Notes: a model not told the origin generated them from the letters alone. Positions 1 to 10,910 are shown, counted from the first letter of the stretch. The stretch is 64,000 bases of DNA from Promethearchaeota archaeon (GCA_029838195.1 JALGVJ010000024.1:1-64000), one strand, 5' to 3'. Program-made: numbers and translations.

Positions 1-1
1 A

Positions 2-130
2 TATTTATCGGAGATAGAACTTGCCCTCGTGAGATATAAAGGCTCACGCAAGGTGATTAAAAAAATTGTAGAGATATCTCCGGAAGCAAGGGAATTATCC
101 GAATTTTTAAAGCTTACGGATTTTATATAA
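2..130 (+). mobile_element. 3' end of a probable DDE transposase (IS1634-like), partial
   Basis: Open frame from the window edge, YLSEIELALVRYKGSRKVIKKIVEISPEARELSEFLKLTDFI*, resembles IS1634 transposase C-termini. Possible right end AAGTCAAG near 241-248. Confidence 0.4.
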
Positions 131-325
131 ATATTCTCCATTTTTTTTAGCGTGCTCCCTAACTTTTTTTAAAGATATTTAGAGTATGCCATTTTTTTTA
201 TTTTTAGAGGAAAAAAAATTTGAATGATAGATATCTTATAAAGTCAAGAAATTAAATAAAATAATGCCCTCAAAAAGGTTCCGATGATAAAGGCTATAAA
301 ACTTTCAACTTTTTAAGAAAAAGAG

Positions 326-434
326 GGCCCGGTACGGGAATTGAACCCGTCTCTAGGGATTTCTGCTCTGTTCAATTGCTCATTCTAAAAAATGATTCAC
401 AGTCCCCAATACTAACCACTATACTAACCGGGCC
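326..434 (-). tRNA. tRNA-His(GTG) with encoded G-1 and a 36-nt intron (361-396) at position 37/38
   Basis: Minus strand: G-GCCCGGT acceptor paired with ACCGGGC-C, anticodon stem GGGGA/TCCCT, loop CT-GTG-A|intron|A, T arm ACGGG-TTCAATT-CCCGT. BHB: CTGT/GCAG helix with GA|A and AA|A bulges. CCA is not encoded. Confidence 0.93.
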
Positions 435-781
435 ATGGTTTTACGAAAAATATCTAAAAATATCATGCAACTTAAAATTTAATAAAGGATCATTTTCATG
501 ATCTTCATGAAAACTAATTTTAGATGGTAAAAAAGTTTTATTCATGATTTATTATTAGAAAAACATTATAAAGCAAATGCGTGTTATTCGTAAAAAAAGA
601 AGAGATTCTATCATTTACCTAAAAGTGAAGGCCCATTCTTAGATTTTTTCTTTTTTTTTAATCTCCTTTTCATTTCATGATCTCTCTCAATTTTTAGAAT
701 AATGGATAGAATGCCTGAAAATTATCTTGAAAATGCTTAATATAATTAGGGTAGTCATTTAATGAGCAACAAGTCCTTTAA

Positions 782-967
782 TTAACACATTTTCTTGGCG
801 CATTCTTCACAAATCATGTGCTCAAAACTCACATATCCGCATTTAGGACCCATCCAGCATTCCAACTGACCCGTTTCTTCGTTCATGATCATGTCTTGAC
901 CGCAATGTTGAGGGAGTGTTTTTATTTCGGCCCCACAATTTGCACATTTTAATCCTTTCAAGCTCAA
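782..967 (-). CDS. small Cys-rich putative metal-binding protein
   Basis: 61 aa, TTG start preceded by GGAGG; CANC, HCG, CEEC, 8 Cys in total. Confidence 0.7.
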   Translation of the reverse strand: MSLKGLKCANCGAEIKTLPQHCGQDMIMNEETGQLECWMGPKCGYVSFEHMICEECAKKMC

Positions 968-1385
968 ACCTCCAAATTATAATTAAAAATCTTAATGAAT
1001 TAATTCAATTGATAGAAGGTAAATGAGTAATTTATGGATGTGTCTCATGAATTATATGAAAAAAGTTTGATTTTCCATCGTGAATTAAGCAAAATTGGAG
1101 AATTGTATAAAAATAATAAGCCCATTCCTCTTTTAACTTTAAAACATGGTGATAATTCTATTTATGGAATTTTGCAATTAGTGATACTTTAAATAAAATT
1201 AAAATTTTTCAATTAAGGGGCACTAGATTAGAGAGGAATTGAGAGATTCAAGAGTTCCGGGGCAAAAAAATTTCATGAAATCTAAGAATTAATAATAATA
1301 CTCCATCAAAATCGATGCTCTTCACTATTTAAATAACTAAAATGACGAAATAAAAAATCAAAATTAGGTAAAAAAATGGAGAAAA

Positions 1386-3191
1386 TTAGGGGGGTTTTCC
1401 CTCGGCATTCCATCCTCTAAATTCATAATATCGCGTTAGCATTTCTTTTAATGGAGGAATATTTTTTTTCGTTCCCCCTTTTTCGATGGGCGTGAAAAAT
1501 CGCTTTCCCAAAGTATCGTCTTCCTTGGTGATTCCACATGCCAAATTAAATTTTCTTTTCAAATTGAATATTTTTTCTCCGCATTTCATCCAAGAATCAA
1601 TCGTGTAAGTGGTTCCGGTTATCGCATTTAAACATTCAATCCATGGCGTTATCTGATCCGTGTAATGAAATCCAAAAATACAGCCTCCACATGCAGTAAA
1701 AGCTTCGCTAGCGTCTTGGATCTTTTTCACGGCTATAATGGGTGCCTCATTCTTGCTAAAAGGGTCAATTTTCTCGGACAGACCTATATCCTTTTTAAGA
1801 TTCATCATGAAAGATAAATGGAGGGGTTCAAAGCAGTGATAAGCTCCACGTGAGCTGGTGGCATAATCCAAGGCAGTCATGTTATTTGCCCGTGGTTCAT
1901 GGGCGGGCACTTCTAAGCCTTTCACATGAGTTTGTAAATCCTCGGGAAGGTTTTTAAGTTCACAAAATCGTTTAACCCCTTCGGCTAAATCATTTCCGAT
2001 CCCCTCTCGGAAAGCTATCATTTGGATGAGGCGCTCAATAGGTTTAACATTGCCCCAAATTATAAATGAACCTTCTTTTTCGGGATCTGGTTGGAATCCT
2101 AAGGATTTTAAATCTACATCGAGCAAACCACGTTCCGCTGCTTCTAGAAAACATCCAAGGGTTGCTCCTAATGTAATGCAATCGATTCCATGATCATTAA
2201 TGATGACATTCCATTTGATTAGCGTTTCTAAATCATCAATATAAAGATTTGCACCGAGCATGGCTAAAAATTCATATTCTGGCCAATCCACCCATTCTCC
2301 TTGGTATTCAATTTTACCACGACAAGCAACCAGGCAGTTAAAACAACCGTGGTGCTTGGGTTGTCCCCGCGCTTTAACTGCATAGGCTCCAATTTTCTTG
2401 GTGCCTTTCCACCTGCTTTCCGTATAATTTTTAATCGGAACATCGCCCGCACTAACATAATTATCCATGTGTACTAAAGTTCCTAACTCTTTCATGACTT
2501 GAGCATGAGGAGTATTTTGAACCATTTGACGGATAGTTTTAATTGCTTTGGATAATAATTCGGGATCTTGAACGATTGGTTTTTTCGATCCTCGAATTGC
2601 AATAGCTTTTAACTTTTTGCTTCCCATGATAGCCCCCATTCCGGTACGACCGGCAGCGTGTCCCGTTTCATTCATGATAGATGCATATCTGACTAAATTT
2701 TCACCCCCAATTCCGATAGAAGCAATTTTATACTTGTTATCTCCCAATTCCTTTTTAATTCTTTCTTCCGTTTCTCTAACCCCCTTCCCCCATAAATGCT
2801 GGGCATCATGGAGCTTACTATTATTCTCAGTAAGGGAAAGATATACCGGCCTATCGCTTTTTCCTTGGAGGATCACGTGATCATATCCGGCAAATTTCAA
2901 TTCTGCGCCGAAAAACCCTCCTGCTGATGATTCGCCTAAAATGTTAGTCAAGGGGGATTTTGCCATGACAAAATGTCGCCCACAAAATGGAACTGGTGTT
3001 CCGCAAAAAGGTCCGACGGAAAATATTAATAGATTTTTTCCATCCCAAGGATCAATGTCAGCAGGGACTTCTCGGGTAAAAATTGCTGCTGCTACACCCG
3101 CTCCACCGATAAATTCCGCCTCATCTTCTTTTCTTGTATCTTCTGTTTTAATTTCCCCTGAATCTAAATTTACTCTAAGGATTTTTCCCAT
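1386..3191 (-). CDS. aor: aldehyde:ferredoxin oxidoreductase (W-AOR family)
   Basis: GKILRVNL, KSPLT, GRTGMGAIMGSKKLKAIA, CxxCxxxC, HVKGLEVPAHEPR, YYEFRGW. Confidence 0.93.
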   Translation of the reverse strand: MGKILRVNLDSGEIKTEDTRKEDEAEFIGGAGVAAAIFTREVPADIDPWDGKNLLIFSVGPFCGTPVPFCGRHFVMAKSPLTNILGESSAGGFFGAELKFAGYDHVILQGKSDRPVYLSLTENNSKLHDAQHLWGKGVRETEERIKKELGDNKYKIASIGIGGENLVRYASIMNETGHAAGRTGMGAIMGSKKLKAIAIRGSKKPIVQDPELLSKAIKTIRQMVQNTPHAQVMKELGTLVHMDNYVSAGDVPIKNYTESRWKGTKKIGAYAVKARGQPKHHGCFNCLVACRGKIEYQGEWVDWPEYEFLAMLGANLYIDDLETLIKWNVIINDHGIDCITLGATLGCFLEAAERGLLDVDLKSLGFQPDPEKEGSFIIWGNVKPIERLIQMIAFREGIGNDLAEGVKRFCELKNLPEDLQTHVKGLEVPAHEPRANNMTALDYATSSRGAYHCFEPLHLSFMMNLKKDIGLSEKIDPFSKNEAPIIAVKKIQDASEAFTACGGCIFGFHYTDQITPWIECLNAITGTTYTIDSWMKCGEKIFNLKRKFNLACGITKEDDTLGKRFFTPIEKGGTKKNIPPLKEMLTRYYEFRGWNAEGKPP

Positions 3192-3732
3192 GAGGTTTTA
3201 CACCTTTTTTTAAAATATTTTTTAATATATATCTTTCCCTTCATAGTAATTAAATCTTTGTGTATTTTAAAAAAGGAACACTTCAATCTACAAAAAAAAT
3301 TATTAAATTCATATCATGAGACGAGGCTATTTTTTCCGTAATGTTTTATAAACATCGATTTAATCCTCCCCATCATTAATACTTGTATGAAATAGCAAGC
3401 GAGAATGAGGAATGGTAATGAAAAAATGACTAAAAGTGAATGATCTATTAAAAAATAAATAGATGATTGTTCTTTAATTATAGAAACTCTAATTAAATCC
3501 TAACATTTTCTGTCTAAAATATTGATAAAATTATAATTTTAGAGATTTAATTTAGCTAAATGATCTTGAATAATCCCTATATTAAAATCGTATTAGAAAA
3601 AAGAAATTCATCGGGGGAGGTTTTTTATTTAAAATGTGAAATGGGCATGTTGCTTTTAATTAATATCTCCTCTTATTTCGAAAAGGACTGATATAAATAA
3701 TATCTCTTTCGAAGATTTTGTTGTCGTGTTGA

Positions 3733-4626
3733 TTAGAAATCATTAAACTCAAAATCAGAAAAAATTTCCTTGATCTGGCTTTTCTCTTCTGCTGTGAGAG
3801 ATTCCGAGCGAGTATAAGCCGGAATTACACCGATTTTGCTTGGTTTGGAAAGCCAGAGAGGATTATATGGTAATAATCCCACCTTTTTTACATTTTCAGC
3901 CTTGAGAAAGGTGACTAAATTATTTAGATTTTCTCTTGTAGTCGTGATTCCCGGAATTAAAGGAATGCGCGGGAGTATTTCTATTTTATTTAATTTATTC
4001 AAATATGTAAAATTGTTAAAAATTAATTCATTTGAAACGCCACAATATTTCTCATGAAGGTTTGAATCTTTAATTTTCAAATCAAAATAAATCAAATCTA
4101 AAAATGGCAAGATTTTTTTCTTAAAGGCATCAAGGTTAAAGTATCCGCACGTTTCCAAGCACGTGTGAATGTCATGGGCTTTTAATTTTATCAATAATCC
4201 GTGTAAATACTCCATATGTAGGGTCGGCTCTCCTCCTGAAAACGTGACGCCTCCTCCCGTGTTATCGAAAAATATTTTATCTTTCAAGATGATTTCAAGT
4301 AAATCTTCATGCGTACATGCCTTTCCTACAAATTCGTAGGCTTGATTGGGGCAAATTTTAATACAATTTCCGCAAAAATTACATAGCGCCCTTTTTATTC
4401 GAAATTCATTCTCAAGACTTAAGGCTCCTTGATCGCATGCCTCAATACATCTCTTACAAAATGAGCAATAATCCCTCTCAAATTTTATCTCTTGCTTGGG
4501 AGATTTGGTTTCTGGATTTTGGCACCACACGCAATCCAAGGGACAACCCTTAAAAAAAATTAGCGTGCGTATTCCGGGGCCATCATCTAAAGCGTTTCTC
4601 TTTATATCAGCGATTAACGTTTCCAT
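3733..4626 (-). CDS. glycyl-radical enzyme activating enzyme (radical SAM with 2x[4Fe-4S] insert)
   Basis: DGPGIRTLIFFKGCPLDCVWCQNPE, two ferredoxin Cys motifs, GGVTFSGGEP. Confidence 0.95.
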   Translation of the reverse strand: METLIADIKRNALDDGPGIRTLIFFKGCPLDCVWCQNPETKSPKQEIKFERDYCSFCKRCIEACDQGALSLENEFRIKRALCNFCGNCIKICPNQAYEFVGKACTHEDLLEIILKDKIFFDNTGGGVTFSGGEPTLHMEYLHGLLIKLKAHDIHTCLETCGYFNLDAFKKKILPFLDLIYFDLKIKDSNLHEKYCGVSNELIFNNFTYLNKLNKIEILPRIPLIPGITTTRENLNNLVTFLKAENVKKVGLLPYNPLWLSKPSKIGVIPAYTRSESLTAEEKSQIKEIFSDFEFNDF

Positions 4627-4778
4627 TATGAATAGAAAATAATATATGAGTTTTAAATTATCTCATGGCATCGTAGCCACGCATGAAGGAAAAAGGATAA
4701 ATGAGAATTAAAAAAAATTTTTTTAACCTTTAAAAAGATTCCTTTTAACCACGTGCTTAAGATCTAGATGAGATCTAA

Positions 4779-7745
4779 TCATCTACAATGAAATTCCGTT
4801 CGTGCGATAATTTCCAGTTGCATGTTCTTATTAATTTTTGTGAAGTAAGCATTATATCCCGAGACTCTCACCAGGAGCCATTGATAATTTTCGGTGTGTA
4901 CCATCGCATCTTTTAAAGTATCGGAGGTTACGATGTTAAATTGCCATTGCATGCCTCCTAAATCAAAATAGCTTTGTACGTATCCCGAAAAAAGATCCAA
5001 TGTTTTTTCATGCAAATCTCCCGGATGAGGCACGAGTTTCACGTTAAAAGAAGCATTATTTGGCATTTTCAAGTGATCTAAACTTGCAATTGTATGGATG
5101 TTCTGTAATAACAGGTCAGATCGACCTGGTGCGGGGGTTAATCCAGGAGTCAAGGGAGCTCCTTTCTTTCTGCCAGAAGGAAGCGCACCTGATAGGAGAC
5201 CCCATCCCACGTGATAACTAATGGACCAATAGCCAACAAGATAATCTCCTCCTCGGTAATTTTTCATGGATTTATATTCTTTATAACAAAAATCGATTAA
5301 ATCATCTGCTATATCGCGTGTTCCGGGCTCATCGGATCCAAATTTCGGTATTTTATTTATCTTATTTAATAATTCAGCGGAGCCATTTTCAAAATTATCT
5401 TTTAGCGCGTACAGAAGCGTGGTATAATCCAATTCTTTTTTATCATATATTAAGTCTTTTATTACTAATAGGCTATCTACTATGTCCGTGAGGGCCACGA
5501 GAGCAACTCCTGAAGTATTGTAAATTGCCCCACCCTTGATGAGATCTTTTCCTTTTTCGAGAGGACCTTCAAAAAAAGCAGATAATAGGGGTGTAGGATG
5601 GATATATTCATGACTTTTACCCAAGTAATTATTGATTTCCATGGATTTTCTGATCAAATAGCTAAGCTGTGTCTTGCATGCCTTGTAGAAATCCTCAAAG
5701 GTGGGAAAGGTTTCTAATGAGGGGATGCCCGTTTGTGGGCCTACTTGCTCTCTTATTAAAGGATGGATTCCATTATTTAATGCCATCTCTAAGGGTGCTA
5801 CTAAATTTAATAACATGCAATTTGTATGGCCATAATGCTTTCCTTGAATCGTTGGTTCCACGCAACCCGTTGCCGCCCAGTCCCTTGCATCCTCTAAAGC
5901 AAAACCTTCATTCACGAGAGCTTCGATCATGGCTTTATCATTATGAATGGAAGGAGAGGATATCATGTTGATGTTTACTTCCACCAACCGTTTCAAGTAT
6001 TCCTTGGAATTGATGCCCGAATAATATCGAGCGTTCATGTTCGGATCTTGAAAACATAACATTTCATTCGCCTTGAGAATGATAAAAGTCATATCGCAAA
6101 CCGCATTATTTCCCTCCCTATCCACGCCCCCTACCGTCACGGTATCATCGGAAGAGGAACCGCCAAATAATTTATTCCCAATGGATGGAACAAGCGGATC
6201 ATGGTCATTAAATCGGAGAAAAAGCGAGCCCACTAATTCTATTGCTTTTTTAATGTACTCTTCTCTTTCTTCTTCCGTTTTTAGCTTCTCCATGTCCTTC
6301 AAGAAATACGGTTGTAGCATTATATCTAATCTTCCAATCGACATTGCAGAATTAGCGTTTTCTGCATGAATGGCAACAAAAGAAGTCCAAATGGATTGGA
6401 TGGCTTCGTGGAGGGTTTCTGCGGGATGTGCTGGTACCGTAGCACAAATTCTCGAAAGTTCCTTTAATTCTTCAATCCGTTTTGCCTGTTCGGGAATACT
6501 TGGATCTAAAGTTCCTATTAGGTTTTGAGCTTCTTCACTTAAATGGTTTGAATACGTGATGATTCCGTCAATGGCGATCTGCATGGCTTCATAAAAGTTC
6601 CTTTTTTCTTGAGAATCGGCTTTACCTTCCATCTCCTTAGCTTTCTGTTTAACGCTTATTAACCCCTCTTTTAAAATACGTGGAAAGCCAGGAACCGTGT
6701 GAGAAATGGCATTGTTTTTCATCATAAAATAGAACACCCAGCGCTCTTCGAGCCATTGACTGATGGGATTATTAAATTTTTTTCTACAATATTCCCGCAC
6801 ATTTCGTTCCATCCAATAGGGAAATACCTCTTGGCTCAAGATATCCGCGTCTTGGGGGGCAATATCATTCGGATTGAGTTCTCGCTCTCCGATTACCCTC
6901 AATTCTGGCCATACTGCAGTACCAATTAATTCGGGATAAATGGGAACGCCCACTTCTTTCGAGGTGGTGGAGCCGGCAAGGAGATGCTTGTCGTGAATGA
7001 TGGGTTTTTTATGAGTTAAGATGTAATTCACGGCTCCTGCCTGCCTTAATTCGGGGTCGATGGGGGTTCCATTTGCATCCATTTCAAACCCGTTTTTTTT
7101 GTGATATTCCGTGACTAATTTCGCCCGTTCCACGCAGATGGCGGGTTTCATGGCCCGTCGGCGGCTTTTTAAATATTTTAAACGGGGGAAATCATTAATC
7201 GTATAAAGCGCTAAATAGGGGTCTTTTAAAAACTTGACATTATCAATCTTTTTGTTCAATGCCACGTTTTTTAACTTCCTTTTCTCCTCTCCTTTCTCGA
7301 TTTCCTCGATGGAATGAATTAATTGATTCTCCGGTCCTTTATATCCTTTAATTTTTGCTCCCGTGGCAACAGACGTTAGATATGAAAATCGAGTCAAGTA
7401 TGTCATGTTGCCGATGAACGACATTGAATTATCCAACAAGTATTCCAGCGTTTCATCAGCGCTCTTATTCCATGTCGTTGCCAGCGTTTCTTTATCCTTA
7501 TAGACAATGGTTATATTAGGATTATCGATCTTCCCCTCTCCCGCGGTAATGGTGCCGTCTTGAAAAACCAAATAAAAATTAAAATCGCCACCGCGCGTGC
7601 AAAATTGATATCTTGCATTATAACCTTGTCCAGTTTTATCATCATATATTTCTTTGCGCAATCTCTTTCTCGAAAATACCACGTTTAAAAGGGAAAGTGA
7701 TTCTTTAAATTTTTCTAATGATTCTTCAATTTCTTGCTCGTTCAC
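4779..7745 (-). CDS. glycyl-radical enzyme (PFL-like) with N-terminal SCP2 lipid-binding domain
   Basis: Cys loop ATGCVEP, Gly loop LLVRVSGY. Residues ~35-125 are SCP2-like (YQFCTRGGDFNFYLVFQDGTITAGEGKIDNPNITI...FIGNM). Confidence 0.9.
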   Translation of the reverse strand: MNEQEIEESLEKFKESLSLLNVVFSRKRLRKEIYDDKTGQGYNARYQFCTRGGDFNFYLVFQDGTITAGEGKIDNPNITIVYKDKETLATTWNKSADETLEYLLDNSMSFIGNMTYLTRFSYLTSVATGAKIKGYKGPENQLIHSIEEIEKGEEKRKLKNVALNKKIDNVKFLKDPYLALYTINDFPRLKYLKSRRRAMKPAICVERAKLVTEYHKKNGFEMDANGTPIDPELRQAGAVNYILTHKKPIIHDKHLLAGSTTSKEVGVPIYPELIGTAVWPELRVIGERELNPNDIAPQDADILSQEVFPYWMERNVREYCRKKFNNPISQWLEERWVFYFMMKNNAISHTVPGFPRILKEGLISVKQKAKEMEGKADSQEKRNFYEAMQIAIDGIITYSNHLSEEAQNLIGTLDPSIPEQAKRIEELKELSRICATVPAHPAETLHEAIQSIWTSFVAIHAENANSAMSIGRLDIMLQPYFLKDMEKLKTEEEREEYIKKAIELVGSLFLRFNDHDPLVPSIGNKLFGGSSSDDTVTVGGVDREGNNAVCDMTFIILKANEMLCFQDPNMNARYYSGINSKEYLKRLVEVNINMISSPSIHNDKAMIEALVNEGFALEDARDWAATGCVEPTIQGKHYGHTNCMLLNLVAPLEMALNNGIHPLIREQVGPQTGIPSLETFPTFEDFYKACKTQLSYLIRKSMEINNYLGKSHEYIHPTPLLSAFFEGPLEKGKDLIKGGAIYNTSGVALVALTDIVDSLLVIKDLIYDKKELDYTTLLYALKDNFENGSAELLNKINKIPKFGSDEPGTRDIADDLIDFCYKEYKSMKNYRGGDYLVGYWSISYHVGWGLLSGALPSGRKKGAPLTPGLTPAPGRSDLLLQNIHTIASLDHLKMPNNASFNVKLVPHPGDLHEKTLDLFSGYVQSYFDLGGMQWQFNIVTSDTLKDAMVHTENYQWLLVRVSGYNAYFTKINKNMQLEIIARTEFHCR

Positions 7746-8225
7746 GTGTCATTCTTCTCTATGTTTATAAAATTTATATTCTACTCCAATTTATTATTCC
7801 ATTTTAAAGTTTTTAGGGAATTAATTTTGGATAATAAAAAAATACTCAATATTTTAATTGTTCTTTTTCCCTCCTTTTAAATTTTATTGATAAAAAAATA
7901 GGGTGTAAAATCTAATGTTATCTTATTAAAATTAGAAGATCCCTTACTATTAATAATTACAATTAAAACCATTGCTAAAAAAGTGGAAACTTTAACTGAA
8001 AAAAATAAATAGTCAGAATCAATTTGATGAACAAGTTATCTCTTGAAGAATCACTTCATATTTTTTTCCTTAATCCTCTCCTTCCATTCTTCCTCCAAGA
8101 AGAAAGAAAGATTTTTATTCTCAAAAACCAAAATTTAATAATATAACAATGTTTATTTTAAAAAAAAAATTTACACACAAAATTTAACCTCAAATTTAAT
8201 TTAAAAGTGAAAACGTGAAAAAATC

Positions 8226-10088
8226 ATGCCAAGTTTGGAAGATTTCTTAGTGGATGAAAATAAAGTGTGGTTCACGGGAGGATACTGGCCCGAAGGCGTT
8301 CCTTATCAACTAAAAGATGTCGAGGGTATTGAAATCACTCCCATGTGGGAGGGGTTCATTAAATCCGCTAATGATAATGATGCCTGGGATGTAGATATTT
8401 GCTACTTTGTCGTGGGATCCTATATCGAGCGAGTAAAATTACGTGATTTGTTCGAGATGGCTAAAAAATTTGGAACCTTCCTCTACGATACATTAGGAAT
8501 CCGAAAGGGCGATTGCGTAGCTATTGACTTGCCTAATTCGATCAATTTCGTCGTCGCTTACATGGGATGCATGTATATTGGAGCTGTCGCTCAAGGGATT
8601 AATCCAACCTATCGTCCCATGGAACTCCTTCACTCGCTTCAAATGACCGATGCTAAGGTTTTCGTAATGATGGATGCTCTTTACATCGCCGGTCCGAATT
8701 CCGTGTTACCTAAAACTAAGGTGAAATACGTAATTTCTACCAATCTCTTGGATTTTGTAACCGCCGATGAACAAACTTTTGCGGCCCTCAGAAAAAACGT
8801 GCCCGATTTCCAAGGAAGCGTTCCGGATGAAACCGAACATTTCAAGGTATACAGGATGAAAAAAGTTATCGAGGAAACCGAACCTAAAGAAATCAAGGTG
8901 GAAATCGACCCTTGGACAGATCCGGCGGTGTATCTCATGACGGGAGGCACAACTGGGCTTCCAAAGGTTGCCATGCTCAGCCACGCAAATTTAGTTTCTA
9001 ATCTTTACCAAATAAAGCCATGGGTAAATTTAAAACCAAGAATGATAACGATCGGTTCTATTCCTTTCTTTCACTCTTTTGGAATGACATGCGTGATGAA
9101 CGGAGCTTTAACTCTTGGAATGACCATGTTATTATTCCCTAAACCACCTCCAGATGAACAATTATGCGAAACCATCAATAAAATTGATGCTCCAGAAGGA
9201 ATCATGTATACAGGCGTCGAAATGTTGTTTAAACGGTTAACAGATTTTGCAGAAAGCATGGGAGGAGAAGAAGAATTCAAGAAAAAATATGACTTTTGGA
9301 AAAAGCTTAAATACGCAACTCAAGGTGCTGGCCCCTTACATGACTACGTGCGCATCCCATTTGAGAAAATCTTTTGTCCAATTCGCGTTGGCTATGGATT
9401 GACTGAAACTACACCTGTAGTGAGTATAAATCCTTTCTGGGGCCCTACAAAAGTTGGAAAATTAGGATTACCACTTCCTGGTACTGATTGGGCTATATTC
9501 CCGTCCGATGATTTTGAAGCTGGTCCTATATGTGATGGAACTCCCGAAAGAAATAATTTCGGAATTGAACATACGGGAGAAATTTGCGTAGCAGGTCCAC
9601 AAGTAATGTTGGGCTACCTAGGTAAGCAGAAAGAGCAAGAAGATAATATAAAATACTGGAATGGGAAACGCTGGTTATTAACCGGTGATATTGGCTTCAT
9701 GGATGAACATGGTTTTATAGAGATAAGAGATCGTAAGAAGTCTTTAATAAAAGTGTCAGGACACAGTGTATTTCCGAAGGAAGTTGAGGAGCTCATGGGG
9801 CATCATGAAATGGTGGATGAGGTTGCGGTCGCAGGTTTGCCCGATGAGATGACAGGCGAAGCCGTGAAAGCCTGGGTCACACTCAAGAAAGGGTATAAAG
9901 CAGGTAAAGACATAACCGCAGAGCAATTAAAAGAGTGGTGTTTGAATAATATGGCCAAATGGAAGACTCCTAAATACATAGAATTCGTGCGCAAGCTACC
10001 CGTTAGCATGACGGGTAAAGTTCAGCGAAGGGAGTTGCAAGAGAAGGATTTAGAGAAATTAAAGAAAGGGAAGCAGATTAAGGGGTAA
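8226..10088 (+). CDS. long-chain fatty-acid--CoA ligase (AMP-binding)
   Basis: MTGGTTGLPK, GYGLTET, TGDIG, GKVQRR. Confidence 0.9.
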   Translation: MPSLEDFLVDENKVWFTGGYWPEGVPYQLKDVEGIEITPMWEGFIKSANDNDAWDVDICYFVVGSYIERVKLRDLFEMAKKFGTFLYDTLGIRKGDCVAIDLPNSINFVVAYMGCMYIGAVAQGINPTYRPMELLHSLQMTDAKVFVMMDALYIAGPNSVLPKTKVKYVISTNLLDFVTADEQTFAALRKNVPDFQGSVPDETEHFKVYRMKKVIEETEPKEIKVEIDPWTDPAVYLMTGGTTGLPKVAMLSHANLVSNLYQIKPWVNLKPRMITIGSIPFFHSFGMTCVMNGALTLGMTMLLFPKPPPDEQLCETINKIDAPEGIMYTGVEMLFKRLTDFAESMGGEEEFKKKYDFWKKLKYATQGAGPLHDYVRIPFEKIFCPIRVGYGLTETTPVVSINPFWGPTKVGKLGLPLPGTDWAIFPSDDFEAGPICDGTPERNNFGIEHTGEICVAGPQVMLGYLGKQKEQEDNIKYWNGKRWLLTGDIGFMDEHGFIEIRDRKKSLIKVSGHSVFPKEVEELMGHHEMVDEVAVAGLPDEMTGEAVKAWVTLKKGYKAGKDITAEQLKEWCLNNMAKWKTPKYIEFVRKLPVSMTGKVQRRELQEKDLEKLKKGKQIKG

Positions 10089-10400
10089 TTTAATTAATTT
10101 TTTATTTTTTTCATTTTATTTTCTTGTCTTGATTGAAGGATTTAGCTAACGGGCATGCCCTTGTTTAAATTATACATTTTTTTAACTATCATGTTGATAA
10201 TCCATGATAATTTAAAGCATGAGGAAAGTTTAATATTTCATAAATTTTTGAGAGGAACATATAATGACATGCAAATGAAGAGCCTGAAAATCTTACAATC
10301 TATAAAGATATAGTTTTATATTTTTAAATTTTTCATTTAGAGTAAGAACATGGTAAACAAGTTTTTTTCTTTTCAATGGAAAAATTGAGGAAAGATATCG

Positions 10401-10604
10401 ATGACGAATGAAGAAAGGGAAGAAATAATAAATTACTTGCTGGAAGCAACAGCGTTGGACAAAGAGATATTATTTAAAAAAATTGAGGAGAAGAGGGAAC
10501 AATATAAAGAGTTTGTATCTGAGAAAGGAATATTATTTTTATTGGCTCGCGACTTAGGAATCACATTGCCTCCAAATAGGAAAGGAAAAAAAAATCAAAA
10601 TTGA
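10401..10604 (+). CDS. DUF2240-like small helical protein (resembles the archaeal RPA N-terminal domain)
   Basis: EEIINYLLEATALDKE..IEEK...VSEKGILFLLARDLGI pattern. Confidence 0.6.
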   Translation: MTNEEREEIINYLLEATALDKEILFKKIEEKREQYKEFVSEKGILFLLARDLGITLPPNRKGKKNQN

Positions 10605-10910
10605 GCTTTTAAAGGTTCAGTAAAAGAAGAGCAAAAACTATAATTTTTTTTAATTTTTATTTGGATTTTCCTATTATTTTATCTATAAAGAAATGAACTC
10701 GAGAGCCAAAATTGAAGGAGTAAATAAATTTTGGAGGGTTCTAGCAAGTTCATTTTAAAAGATAATCGGCTAAAAAATCATGACACGAATCGTTGAATTT
10801 TTTCTTTAATAGGTAGATCCAATGGCATTTCTTTAAAATAAAAAAAAAAGACACTTTTACCTTTATTTTCACTTCTCATTCGTGGATGAGTTATCAATTA
10901 TAACGGACGG

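Noticed and set aside
4779-7745. Pyruvate formate-lyase (pflB)
   Set aside because: Lacks the adjacent Cys-Cys motif and carries an extra SCP2-like domain.
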